Assembly: GCA_963693365.1 (NCBI GenBank)
Contig: CAVNZM010000004.1
Coordinates: forward strand, 9,762,468-9,826,467
Direction: 5' to 3'
DNA from: Amoebidium appalachense
Taxonomy: Eukaryota; Protista; Ichthyosporea
DNA length: 64,000 nucleotides
Position 1 is the first letter of the stretch, and the number at the start of each line of letters is the position of its first letter. Both the position numbers and the translations under genes were made by a program. Shown here piece after piece: positions 51,607 through 64,000 of this stretch. Under the pieces are notes generated by a model that saw only the letters and a program-made list of their open reading frames with translations, was not told where the DNA came from and did no database searches.

Positions 51607-54487
51607 GCCTATGCCTGCACATATCTCTTCTTGCCATCTAATTGCTGGTCCGACCAGGTCGTATCCGCAAACAACAACACACAATCTGCATCTGTTTGCG
51701 CCTTGCACAAAAAAATACAGCTTATCACGCAAAAAAACACCCACAACTGCATGTATCCAACACTCACGGTTTGTTTTCCTTCTGCAGGCTGCTATGGTCG
51801 GGGGCACCTTCCTCTCTGGCTTTGTGTTTCTTCTTCTTATCCAGTGCTGTTGCCGTTGCTGTTGTGGAGGTAGCCGCGACGGGCAGCGTGCAACCGCCCT
51901 TGAACAGGAGAAAACACGCCTACTCGCCGATTTGGATAAGGCAAAAGTTGAAACGGAGAGGAGAGATAAGGAGTTGGCGAGTGTGCGCGAGGAGAGAGAC
52001 GGGGCGCTACAGGAGAGAGACAGGTGGATGACGGAGGCACGGACACGTACACGGGAGGTGGAGGCACGTACACAGGCGGAGGCGGAAGGCAAAGCCCAGC
52101 TGCAGGCGAGTCTGGCGCAGGCACAGGCAGAGATCGAACAGTGGAAACGGGAAACCGAGAGTTTGCGTGCACGGGAGAACCAGATCGGCGCCGAGGCGGA
52201 AGCGATTAACGCCGATTTACACCTGTCGCTCCAGCGTGCAAACGACCAGCTGCAATCGGAGTTGCAATCGGTGAAATCGGACCTCGATCGGGTGATGGCG
52301 GAGTGTGCGCAGGCAAAATCGGAGGTTGTCGAATGGAGGGCGAAGGAGAGGGAGGCGAGACAGAGGGCGGACGAAACGGAACGGGCGCTAAATGCGGCAA
52401 ACACTCAGAGGGATCTTCGTGTGTTGCAAGCGGTAGAGGAAAAACTGCAGGCGGAATCGGTAGCGGCGGGCCTGGCAGAACAGAAATCAGCGCTGGAAAA
52501 CGAAATCGAGGGTTTGAGGTCGGAGCTTGCGACACTGCGCACGGCAATGGAGTCGATCGCGGCCGATCAGCAAGACGGCGACAGCGAGGATGCGATCGGG
52601 GACGAATCGGATATCACCGGCCAATCGAAAGAGCCGAAACCCAGTGACGAGCCGCACGTGGAGGAGGTGTCAGCCAATGAGGTTGTGGGTGATGACATTG
52701 CTGCGGCATCTGATTCGCTAGCGGTGGACGGCACGAGCGGCGGGGATGCGAACGACATTGCGCAGGACGAGACTGCGGGCGAAGGGGAGAAGGAGGAGCG
52801 GGAGGAGGGAGAGGCTAAGGAAGAAGCGGAGGTGAAAGAGAATCTGCACGACGGCACAGAGGGAGACGGGTGGGAGAAGATCGAATCTTCTGGAAAACAC
52901 GCCGCAAACAGCCCCCCAGCCACCAAACAGCCCACCCCGCCAATGTCGCCATCCTTTGCTATGTCCCCGGCAGCAAGGGCCATTTCCACCCCTACCGCCA
53001 GTGTCCCGACGTCTCCACGTGCGTCTTCCCACGCCCTGCGTGCGGCACGTGCACGTGCGGCGCTTCTAGAAGGGCAGGTGGCGGGGTTGCAGGCGAGAAT
53101 CCGCGGGTTGGAGGAGGAGGTGGGGAAGGTGAGACAGCAGTACGAGGCGGAGGTGGAGGAGGTGAAAAAGTCGGTAGGGGGGATTCACAGTTCGCTGGAG
53201 GCTCAGGTGGTGGAGATGGAGGGGAGGTGCGCCGAGTTGCAGTCCAAGTTGGACACGGCAATGGGCGAGGTAGCGACATACAAGTCGGAGGCGGAAAGTG
53301 CAAACGAGACTTTAAGGGAGAGGGAGAGCAAGTTTGAGGTGTTGAAGGAATTCTTCAAGGACGAGGCGGCGAGCCTTAAGGCGCGGGTGTCGATTCTGGA
53401 GAGGGATTTGGAGGGCGTGAGGCTCAAGGAGAAGGGGGGCGCTGGAAAAGTGCTCTCGGCTGCAGTCTGATTTGTCGGCGCTTCACGCGGGTATTTCCAC
53501 TCAGCGCGGCGAATGGGAGAAGAGCAAAAAGGCGTGGGAGACCGAGCGGGCTACGTTCGAATCGACGATTGCGGATCGCAACGCTTCTGTATCCGAGCTA
53601 TCGGCAGCGCGTGACTCGGCGCAATATCGGGTCAGCGAGCTCGAGAGTCGGGTCAGTGAGCTGGAGGGTCGGGTGAACGAGCTCACGGGCCAGCTCGAGT
53701 CTGAGCGTTCACGTGCCGAGGAGTTCTCCCGCCGTGTGGGTGAGCTGCAACGTCAGCGCTCGGTCTCAACTAATCAGCAGCGCCCGGCTACTGTCGCAGG
53801 TCCCCCATCCAACTACCCACCCGGGCCACCCGGGCCAGGTGTCCCAGGCGGCCTGCGACCCCGCGGGCCGGTCCCTACTCCACCCGCAGCCAACCAACCC
53901 CCGCACCAACCCCCCTTCCACCAGCCAATCGCTAGTGCCCCACCCACACCAAGTATGGGTTCCATGCCAGCGCCACAAAACCCACCCGTGCCGGCGCCAC
54001 AGAATTTCTCCCCCCGCACCCGTCCTATGGCTCCCCACCCTCGCCCTGCACCCCCAGGCGGTGCCCCAGGATCACGTGGTCCCCCTGGCCCACCCAATCG
54101 GCAAGGGTCATTCCAGCGTGGATCGGCAACACCCCCTGCTGGTGCCCTCCCCCCACAGCCAATCAATCGCCAGCGATCGCAATCGCAATCACAGCGCTGG
54201 TCCCCGTCTCCGTCACCGGCGATCCAAAACATGGACTCGCAGCAAGGGCCCGCTCCCCAGTCCGCATTCTTCAATCCGAACACCTTTGGAGGGAGGGCAA
54301 AGTTACCGGCAACTCCCATGGGCATGCCCAATCCGATGCATTCCTTTAGCGGTGCTATTGGTGGATCTCAGCCCCCCCAGCAGGCAACCAATCAGGTGCG
54401 GCGCGTGCACCGCCACCGGCCATGGATGATGAGGATGACCTGATGGTGTTCAATCGAAAAACGAAGAAGGACCAGGGCCCGCAGTAG
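47972..54487 (+). CDS. Type I membrane coiled-coil protein: signal peptide, Pro/His-rich lumenal part, TM + Cys cluster, two coiled coils, Pro-rich tail (TANGO1/cTAGE5-like layout); exons ~47972-48334, 49271-49707, 51788-54487
   Basis: Signal peptide [20 protein letters not shown]; (HG/HAH)-rich tract; phase-0 splice to [26 protein letters not shown]; coiled-coil ORFs 51605..53470 and 53472..54443. Single-base shifts in G/C runs at ~49603, ~53436 and ~54374 restore one frame ending ...[24 protein letters not shown](54487). Confidence 0.8.
50625..50870 (+). repeat. 246-bp dispersed intronic repeat, copy 2 (in an intron of the membrane-protein gene)
   Basis: cgggttgacccgcccaagctcag...cgcattcaaaacc, flanked by C runs; identical to copy 1. 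Confidence 0.95.
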
Positions 54488-55462
54488 TGTTGTCTGAATG
54501 CGCACATAGTACACTTCAATAATATATGCATGCACGTGCAAATATACACAGGCGCGCATGGGGGTACACACGGACATACACGCACGCACACACACACATA
54601 CACACACACATACACACACACACACACACATTCGCGCGCGCACACACACGCGTGCACACACACACCTCGGTTCCATGGAGGTTCTAAAACGGTGTGTATT
54701 TTTGGTTTGAGTGATAGAATGTGATAGCCTTTTCCCCTCTGTATTGTTGTGCAAAGACTACAGCAGTTTCCTTTTATTTATCACCTATGCCGACCGATTT
54801 TAAGGGACTTCCTGTATCCACCTTCCTATCTAGTCCCACAATAGCAAACCCAGCACAAATTCACGTTGGGCTCTGATATGTCTCCATACCCGTGCACTAC
54901 ACATCGAACACCAGTTTTTGTTGTCTAGTTGCACTTCGGTATATTTGTAGGGTGTGTTAAATTAATAGTGTTTTGCCGCAAGAATAGTCAGGTGTGCCGG
55001 AAGTCTAGGTACCACTATGGTACGATGATAAGTCATACATCACCTAACCAGCCGAAGTGTCCCCCCTCTCTCCCATTTTCCAGTTTTCTGCCATAGCACT
55101 TTGCCAATTGATTGTATGCATTGTATAGCCTGTAGGTGTCGCAAGTTTTTGATGTGTGATTTCTGCAGTATTCTGTGATGATGGTGGAGCCAGAAGTAAA
55201 GTGGTAATGATATGCTGAATGCCCAACACTTGCAATGTGCAGCACACGTGTACATGTGCTGTTATGCACAGCCACATGATGCTGCAGTGTTACACTCTCC
55301 CAACGATATCTGCACATCACGTACACACCAACTTTCACACATATGCATCTGCCCGTGTACGTCGTACACATAAACAGATACATGTACACACATATGTCGG
55401 TCGGCTTTATCCCGTGACAAAGTACAAGACCTGCTGAGCGCAATGAAGCGCTGATAGAAACA

Positions 55463-55499
<37 letters not shown>

Positions 55500-55698
55500 T
55501 TTCCTCCCTCCCTCCCTACCTCCCTCCCTCCCTCCCTCCCTCCCTCCCTCCCTCTACACACACACCCATGTGTACGCCCGCGCCCACCCGGACACACACA
55601 CACGTGTACACAACGTCAATTTCGTGTTAATACTGCGCTGCTATATCCGTATATAAGCCAGACTTTGAGATGTTCATGTATACTAACCACCCCCCCCC

Positions 55699-55729
<31 letters not shown>

Positions 55730-56548
55730 ACACACACACAACCTGAACCCTGTTACAAATCTTTGTGCGCATCGAATGACCACGGTGCGCACCATATATA
55801 ACCACATTAGCAGAATCAACTCGCTCCGCAACCCGGGCAGAATTGCTTTTAATCGAATTATTCAGCAAACACAGAGATCAACTTGATCTGCAAACTGAAT
55901 TATTATTATGTTTCGAGCTGGTTATTCTGCAAAAAGTAGACATTCTGCTAGAAGCAAACTTTTGCTTAGTATAGCAGAATAACTCTGCTAGCGCGCTTTC
56001 GCTGAAGAATTCTGCAAAAAGAAGAAGAATTCTGCTTTTTCTAGAATAATTCTGTTTATTTCAGAATGACTCTGCCCGAAGTTGATTCCGCTGATGTTTG
56101 TGGCCCTCATGACTGTATCACTGAAGTCAGCCATTGGCCAGTCAACGAAGGTTAAGGGGAAGGGACTGAGTAAAAAGAAGGCGTAGAAATTTGGTGACGA
56201 GCTCAAGCTTGAGGCCCAGGTGACCACATAACTATCCAGAATTCTGTACATGTGACTCTAGTGTCTGTGTAGCCCCGGTGTTTTTTTTTTTAGTTGTTTC
56301 TTTTCTTCCGCACGCGTTCATACTATATGTTGTCTTTAGTTAGTAGCATCGGCCATGTGCATGGCGCTTAGCGCAAGGGGGAAGGGTGGGGCGGGGCGTG
56401 GGAGGAGTGGGGGGAGGGGGGGGGAGGGGGGGGGGAGGGAGGCCCGCGCTGAATCGCAGAGGTACGGGGTGCGGGGAGGGAGGGGGGAGGGGGGAGGGGA
56501 GGGGGGGAGGGGGGGGGGAGGAGGGGGGAGGGGGGGGGGGGGAGGGGG

Positions 56549-56743
56549 GGCCAAAACATTTCCTGACATACCTGGTGTCAGCATGTCATTGCAAGAGTTT
56601 CCTGGGCCAAAACTTCGCTGTGACCCCCCCCCCCCCCCCCCCGGGGGGGGGGGGGGGGGGGAGGGGGGCCAAAACATTTCCTGACATACCTGGTGTCAGC
56701 ATGTCAGTGCAAGAGTTTCCTGGGCCAAAACTTCCCTGTGACC
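56549..56743. repeat. Tandem duplication of a ~76-bp unit separated by C/G runs (period ~118)
   Basis: ggccaaaacatttcctgacatacctggtgtcagcatgtca(t/g)tgcaagagtttcctgggccaaaacttc twice; each unit is bounded by ggccaaaac. Confidence 0.9.
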
Positions 56744-56902
56744 CCCCCCCCCCCCCCCGGACCCCCTCCCCCCCCCCCCCCCTCGGCTCTCCAAACTTTG
56801 AATGACCCCTCCCCTCCCCCCCCAGGGCCCCCCCCGCCTCTCCCCGAGGGGCACCAAGGAACCAACTTTGCATTGGCGTTAGATATATGTGCACACCCGC
56901 AT

Positions 56903-56995
<93 letters not shown>

Positions 56996-57179
56996 AAAAA
57001 CAAACAAAAAAAAAGAACAGTTTATATGCTATTGAGCACAGCGCAGCTAGGTGCGGAAGTCTTTTGCGCTCGGACGGTGTTGGTCACCATACAATGCCAT
57101 GGCCGCCTGGTCTTGAAACTTGCTGCTACAAAAAAAAAAAAAAAAAAAAAAAAAAACTAGAAAAAAAAATGAAAAAGAA

Positions 57180-57214
<35 letters not shown>

Positions 57215-57457
57215 AGGAAAGAAAATAGGTTAACGAACATTGAATTTATCAGAATCTGCATCAGTAGAGGAAAAGCAACAACATGAGGTCTTCAACACAT
57301 AGAGATACAGATTTTTTATTCCCACCCCCGGGCTGCAACATCGTTTCCTGTTGCTTTCAAGTTGCAGATAGAGAGAGAGTACGTCATCCCCCTCCCCTCC
57401 CCCCTCCATAAATATGTTTGTGTTGCATAACTTCCTAACCTCTGGTTCATCTTTCAG

Positions 57458-57544
57458 GGACGATCACAAGCCAGAGGAAGACATGTCGACGAAATTGACG
57501 GCGGACGAACTGCTAAAGAGGTGTGGGGGGAGGACAGGCCATAA
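57458..57544 (+). CDS. Isolated exon resembling G-patch domain-containing protein 4 (GPATCH4) conserved motif
   Basis: ctttcag|..DDHKPEEDMSTKLTADELLKRCGGRTGHK resembles my recollection of the GPATCH4 motif LTDEELxxACGGRTAHK. Other exons, including the G-patch, were not found. Confidence 0.5.
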   Translation, partial: GRSQARGRHVDEIDGGRTAKEVWGEDRP

Positions 57545-57545
57545 G

Positions 57546-57576
<31 letters not shown>

Positions 57577-58389
57577 CGGGAGGCTCCCTCCCTCCCCCCT
57601 CCCCCCTCCCCCCCTCCCCCCCCACGTGCACACACACACACACACAAGCCCAAATTATTCCGTCTTTCTTTCTGATTATAGATGGTGCGAGCAAAACCGT
57701 TTGGCTGGTCCGTCGCAAAGCGCTTGGATTTTATGAATGTACAACAACTTTACATTGTATACATAGGCATCAATGTTATGTTTTTGGTATGGAATCCGTT
57801 TAAATGTTCTAAAATCGATTACATCGATGTCGGCGATCGAAATTTCCAAGAGATCAAAGTATTTCAAAGCCCAGATTTGGGCGCCAGATTACGTGATAAT
57901 CGCCGGTTGGACTCTCACACAACACTCTTGCACGATACCACCAGAGACTAAGCAAAAGTCCATAAAACATGCTTCCAGCACGAATGGGCCATGTCACGCC
58001 CATGAGGACAAAAGCAGCAAAGTCTAGGTAGACAGAGCTACAGAGGTATAGGCTGGCTCGAGTTTGGTTTTTGCAAAACACGCTTGTCCTGTCTTTTACC
58101 ATTTAGACCTCGTTCACCATCGACACCTAATACGGTAACTCAGAGTGCATGCAACAACACAGGGTTTGGGGCATATTGCGAGGAGAGTGCCAATAACATA
58201 ATCTGCATCGGAAGAACAGGCGTGTCAACTGCCAAAATCAACGAGCGGTTTATGAACGCATTGGGGCATCCAAACACTCGCCCTTGCCACTAGTCACACT
58301 TGCGCAAATAGTATGTGCCCTTTCTAATCCTGCTGCATTCTTCTGTCGGCAACTATGCTTCTAGGCCGCTCCAGTTAGCTCCGGGCTCT

Positions 58390-58996
58390 ATGGCTGACGA
58401 ACCACCTCCCCCTGGGGGAGGCCAACCACCAGACGTCACAAATGGTGCAAGGTTGACGCCCCCCCTCCCCCCCCCCCCCCCCTCCCCCTGTCCCCCCCGT
58501 CCTGCCCCTCCGTGCCTGCTCCCCCTCCTCGGGCCCTTCTGCAAAGTAACTGATTAAAAACACACACAAAGCCACGCCGTCGTAGCACTCCACCTATCAT
58601 CTTTTCTCTTCCTATTGCTCTCGGCCTTTTTAAGTTTTTTCTTGTGTTAATAGCTGCTGAGCAAAAAGAAAACCCCTTTGCTTTTGCTATCTGTGTCTGT
58701 GGAAAGAGTGTACATTCATTTTCTAGACACCAACAGCTTCACCCACAATAATTCTGCAGGAGGGTTAACACATGTGGCTTATCGGAACCTGCATGTCCTT
58801 CAAGAGCTGCACGTATACTTCGCTTGCATGTGTAATTGCGTGTAGGCGTACATTCACAAAATAATTCGCTTGCTTAAAATTGTCGAAGAAAAAAAAGGGG
58901 AAAGCAGGGAAGAAAAAGCCACAGGGGCATCAGTTAGCATACTTGAGAACGCACCAACATTCAGATTACGGTGCTCAGTAAGGGAGTGGGAACCCC

Positions 58997-59027
<31 letters not shown>

Positions 59028-59129
59028 AAAACGCTCACGCACACACACTCCCCCCCCCCTCCCCCCCCCCCCCCTCTCGTCTCTTTCCCAGCCAATTGCA
59101 ACGGCAAAGAACGGAAATTCAGGGGCGGT

Positions 59130-59164
<35 letters not shown>

Positions 59165-59296
59165 GTATTTATTTGGCAGCATAACACAATGTCACCACTA
59201 AAAAAAAAAAAAAAAAAAAAAAGAAAAGAGAAAAGAAACGTTGACAGCATCTCTGGTTTTTTTTTATATTCCTTCTTCCTTTTTCCTTTCCTTTCA

Positions 59297-59337
<41 letters not shown>

Positions 59338-59819
59338 TTCTTTTCTTTTCTTTTTTTTTTTGTTTGTTTGTTTTTTTGGGGGGGGGGGGGGGGGGGGGAG
59401 GGGGGGGGTCGGAGAGGGTATGTCTGTGTATTGAGGTTGGTAGCGGCGTCGACGAGGTCGGGGTTGCGGAAGAGTCCGGGGGGGGGGGGGGGGGGGGGGA
59501 GGAGGAGGAGGGCGAAGGGGGAGAATGCCGAAGGTGGCTTTTGGTGGAGGACGGATGGTAAGATAGGAGAGGGTAATTTGAGAGTTAGAAGGAAGATGGT
59601 AGTGTAACGGTTTCTCAGTGGATGTGCATATTCTTGATCATGGACAGAATCTTTGATACATCTTTCTCGCTTCCATTTGGTTGGGTTGGTGTGGGGTAGC
59701 GATGGGTGGGTAAATGGAGAAATGTGTGTGTGTCAGCTGTGTATGTGTATGTGCGCATGCGGGTGTAATCTGTATGTATCTTGTCTTACTTTGTAGTTGC
59801 TTCCCCCCCCCCCCCCCTC

Positions 59820-59854
<35 letters not shown>

Positions 59855-60806
59855 AAAAAGAAAAAAAAAGAAGAGAAAAGAGAAGGGAATCTTTACATCT
59901 ATGGTCAATGCAGCATTTATGAAACGGCACGTAGCTGAAACCACCTCAAGGGCTTTTGATTCCCTTTCATCTTTGTCGGCTTTGTTTGTTCATTCAGATT
60001 CATTATAATGGTCTGCACTACGTCTCTGAAAGCTCAAAATGGGGTGGGTGGGTACGCAGCAAGGAAAGAGCGGGCGGGGCGGCCAACGAGAGGCACCGCA
60101 AATTGAGGGAAAAGATCATCAACACAAACAAGCTGGTGCAGCTGTACCAGGACCAGCAGGAGCATATCCTCAAAACATAAATTGCACACGTGAAATTTGA
60201 TGTAAATTTGTGTTGGGTTGGCGGAAGATTGAAAGTGCATGGTAGTAGGGGCATATTCTTAAATCATAAATTGTGTGCATGAAATCTGCTGTAAAATTGT
60301 GTTGCGGTTTCGTAAATATGAAAGTGCAGAGCAGCAGGAGCATGTGCTAAAATGTCAAATTGGGTGCGTGAAATCTGCTGTTGGGGCATATTGTGAAAGC
60401 CGTGTTGTGCTTGCATGTATTTGCGAACATGCCTACGATACGTATAGCCTGCGGCTGGTTGGGTACCACTTGTGTTTTCTGAAGGAAAAGGAACAAAGGG
60501 ATGGGTAAGTGTATACTCAAGAAAGGGGAATGGGAATAAATGAACGGCAGGTGAATGGTCGGGGGGAGGAGTGGGGGGTGGGGGGTGGGGGAGGGAATAC
60601 GGAGGATCTTGGACAGATTGGGGTTTGGTTGTTTGGCCCTGGTGGTTTTTTGTGCCATGACCATGGAGGTGAGGGCTGGAGCTGGGACAACGAACAAAAA
60701 GAGAAGAGAGGCATGTGGATGGGGTGGAATGTTTGTGTGTGTGTGTGGGGGGGGGGGGGGGGGGGGGGAGGGGAAGAAGGGGGAGAGGAGGGGAAGGGGT
60801 GTGTGG

Positions 60807-60837
<31 letters not shown>

Positions 60838-62036
60838 GGGGGGGGGTTGGGAGGGTGAGGAGTTGGGGCTATGTTGGGGGGGTGGGGGGGAGTGGTAGGG
60901 GAGAAGGGGGGTGGGGGGTGGGAGTGGGGGGGAGGGAGGTCTGGGTTGGTGGTGGTGGTGGGGGGGGAGGGGGGGGGGGGAGGGGGGGCAGGGTGGGATG
61001 TGTGTGTGGGGGGGGGGAGAGGGGAAGGGGCCGTTTGCTTTGATTTGCCTAACACCTTTTTGTTATTCGTGGCACTTTCCTTAACCACCATTACTGCTAA
61101 AGCAAGCCCAGGTGGAGTTAAAGCAGCGCTCAGATGAAGTGGCCATGTTAAAGGAGCAGCTGGCACAAGCCCCAGTTAATCAGGCGCTGGATGGAGATGT
61201 CCAAATAAGGCTAAAGGCGAAGAAGGAGGAGGTCAGGATGCTCCAGGCGGCGCTGGAAGCAGAGAAGGTTGGTCTCTTTTAACGTTTTAGCGCACACTGT
61301 AACTGATGGTTAAAGATTTATGCTGTTTCCCCCCCCGTTTTAGCCTTTGTTGCTTTCTTCGTTCATTGTGGCAACAGTTTTGGGTTCATTGTCCGGCCAC
61401 AATGTTCCTATAGAAATGGAAACAGCGAGTGAGTTGAGTAATTCGCTGGGAGAGCATTGAGTCAACCTCACGTCTTGGGGTCCATTTAGGGATTATTGGC
61501 TGATTTTGCATGCTCGGGGGTATTGGTGTCTTATGCTGTGGAGTGTCCATTTTTTGCACTTGTTCGCCGTTTTGTGGTTTTCTGTCTTGCCTCACTGCAT
61601 GTCCCCACCTCCTCCCCATCCCCCCCTCACCCTTCCTCCCCACCCTACTGCCCTCCCCCTCAAACACACCCCATGGTCACGCCACATCCTGCAGAAAAAA
61701 GGCATCACTTAAAGGCACCACTTAAAGGCACCACCTAAACTCCTTTGTTCACTTCTTTCGCAAGCACAACCATTTTCTACCCCCCATTCCTTTCTTGTCT
61801 TTTATTCTTATGGTTTATTCTCTATTATTCCAGAAAGAACGAGACGAGACCAGGCGGCAGTATCTGCAGTTGCTGCGGAGCGCCGAGCAGGGCAAAGCCG
61901 CAGAGGCCAAGATGGTGAGCCTGCAGAAGACCATAGAAGAACTCAACGGGGAGATGGGGAAGAGGGACTCGAAGATACGATCACACGAGGTGCGTGGGTG
62001 TCTCTTGTATGTCGTATGTGGGCGATGGGGGTGTTT

Positions 62037-62067
<31 letters not shown>

Positions 62068-62517
62068 GGAGGGGGGAAAGAGGGAAGGAAGTGGGGGGGG
62101 GGGGGGGGGATGTGTTCGAAGATACACACAGGGGGGGTTGTGCAAAATGGGTGTCTTTTATATGTCTTACGTGAGCGGTGGGGGAGGGGGCGAGGGGGAG
62201 GGGGGAGGGGGGAGGGGTGATTTGGGGAAAGATACGCTCAAAGGAGGTGCGTGCAAAACCGGTGTATGTTTACGTATGTGGGTGTGTGTGTTTGTGTGTT
62301 TGTTGCTTGTGTGTGTGTGTGTGTTAGGTGTGGACTTTTGTGGTCGGGGGTTTTTTTGGTTTGGGGTGGTCATGGTAGCTTGTTATTTTTTTCTTGTTTA
62401 TGAATACTGGCGCGTCTGTGTGTTATGCTCATTTAATTGGGCCATTTCTTTTCCTTTGTTCATTGTTTCTTTCTTTTCTTTTCTCTTTCTTTCTTTCTTT
62501 CTTTTTTGTTTTTTTGT

Positions 62518-62553
<36 letters not shown>

Positions 62554-62770
62554 CTTGTAGGTGGATGGTGGACATGTGTGTACGGGTAGAGTGAGTTGAT
62601 GGGTGGGTGGTTGGGTGGTGGTGGTTTTTTGGGGGGGGGGGGCAAAGGGGGGAGGGAGGTTGTGGATATGGGCTGGTATGGTAAATGTAGGTCTGGGAGT
62701 GTGACGGGTATGTGAGATGTATGCCCCCCCCCCACACACACACACACACACACCACAACCACAACCACCA

Positions 62771-62850
<80 letters not shown>

Positions 62851-63100
62851 CCACCCTCCCTACTTAAACACACAAAAAGGCATTTAATGGAAAGTTAACC
62901 GATTATTTAACATGAGTGCTTCGCCTTCAATATCTATGTTTACACAATCAACATCCCCCCCTCTCTCCCCTCCCCTCCCCCTCCCCCCCCCCCCAGTCAC
63001 TTATCAAGCAGCTCGAGGCAGTGCAGCGCCAGGGGGTCAAAACCAAAACGGATGAGTTCGAAAAGCAGATCAAGAAGCTGACTGCCGAGGTCGAGAAAAA
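58390..63100 (+). CDS. 5' part of a spliced coiled-coil protein gene continuing past the window (exons ~58390-58451, 60060-~60160, 61103-61267, 61834-61989, 62997-63100)
   Basis: Phase-compatible GT-AG exons encode heptad-rich peptides (QVELKQRSDEVAMLKEQL.., KERDETRRQYLQLL.., SLIKQLEAVQRQ..). The donor of the 60060 exon is unclear (in-frame TAA at 60178). Confidence 0.65.
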
Positions 63101-63133
63101 GTAATTTAACCCCCCCTCCCCCCTTCCCTCCAC

Positions 63134-63202
<69 letters not shown>

Positions 63203-63329
63203 TAAAGAAAAACTTCGTCCAACTGAATTTAGTCGATTTTTCTTCCTCCTTTTCTCTTCATTGTATTTTTCCTTTCTTGCCATCTTCCCCCCCCCCCCCC
63301 CCCTCCCCCCCCCCCCCCTCCCCCTCCCC

Positions 63330-63360
<31 letters not shown>

Positions 63361-64000
63361 GCAAACCCCCCTCCCCACCCCACAGGGAAGCATTTGTGTA
63401 CTGGTGCAACATGGGGGGGGGGGGGGGGGGGGTAATAAATTCTACACACAACTTTGCATTGATTTTGCACCGTCTACTTCACCAATTCATCTATGTTCCT
63501 CCTTCCCCAACCAAGCTTCCCCTTCACCCACCCTCCCCACCACCCTGTTAAGTCTCTGTGTGCTGTGTCGTTTACATCCTCTTCACCATGCATTCCAGTA
63601 TGTCATTCTGGGATGCCACATGGGTGATGAAAGAAGAATTGGAGACTGGGAAAGTAGAGATGAGTTTTGGGGCAAGATGGTGTAGAACCTAGCAGGGGCG
63701 CGCCGTGTGTGTGTGTGGGAAGGGGGGGGGGTGGGGGGTGGGGGGGAAGAGGGAGGAGGGAGGGAAGAAGGGAGGAATAGGTAGGGGTAGGTGAAGGGAG
63801 AATGGGGGGCGGAGGGGGGAGGGGGGCTGGTTGATTTTGGAGGATGTGGAAAATTAGCAGATGAATACATTTCAAATAATAAGAGGCTGGGTGGTAGGGA
63901 TGGTAGCACTTCGAGCAGTATAGGGCAGGGCGGGGCGGTGGGGTGTGTGTGTGTGTATGTGGGGGGGGGGGGGGGGGGGGGGAGGAGAAATTCAATCTAC

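Noticed and set aside
53431-53474. Adjacent ORFs 51605..53470 and 53472..54443 suggesting stop read-through or programmed frameshift
   Set aside because: Removing one G from the G6 run at ~53434 gives continuous coiled coil ([19 protein letters not shown]). Similar single-base shifts occur in homopolymers in other genes here, so assembly error is more likely.
60178-60180. In-frame TAA suggesting a non-standard genetic code
   Set aside because: TAA, TAG and TGA all appear to end genes in this window, and long exons have no in-frame TAA/TAG. An unrecognised donor or a sequence error is more likely.

Overview
Eukaryotic genomic DNA, not prokaryotic. It has GT-AG spliced genes whose introns are packed with poly-G/poly-C runs and (CA)n/(TG)n microsatellites, so most ORFs in the supplied track are simple-repeat noise. 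Gene content suggests an opisthokont, possibly a unicellular holozoan, but the species cannot be determined. Supported host genes: a Q/P-rich GATA zinc-finger factor (+, 648-7172); a two-FYVE Pep7/Vac1/rabenosyn-like gene (-, ~9.9-20 kb); a CLIP-170-like gene with two CAP-Gly domains, coiled coil, zinc knuckle and C-terminal EEY (-, 27.9-39.8 kb); a type I membrane protein with signal peptide, His-rich lumen, TM, coiled coils and Pro-rich tail (TANGO1/cTAGE5-like layout; +, 48.0-54.5 kb); an isolated GPATCH4-like exon; and a coiled-coil gene running off the right end. The standout is a ~4.2-kb palindrome (21466-25677). It consists of two diverged copies of a tyrosine-recombinase element (gag-like ORF + YR, no RT/RNase H) joined head-to-head at their 5' terminal repeats across a 9-bp spacer; the right copy has a split-direct-repeat-like 3' end. 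Also notable: CCAATCA is strongly enriched on the sense strand of long exons in all three frames, an ASDYE(D/E)xxW peptide motif recurs in the GATA protein, and an identical 246-bp element sits in introns of two different genes. Several coding frameshifts fall in homopolymers and are probably assembly errors. Exon boundaries were read by eye; family assignments come from remembered motifs, not database searches.
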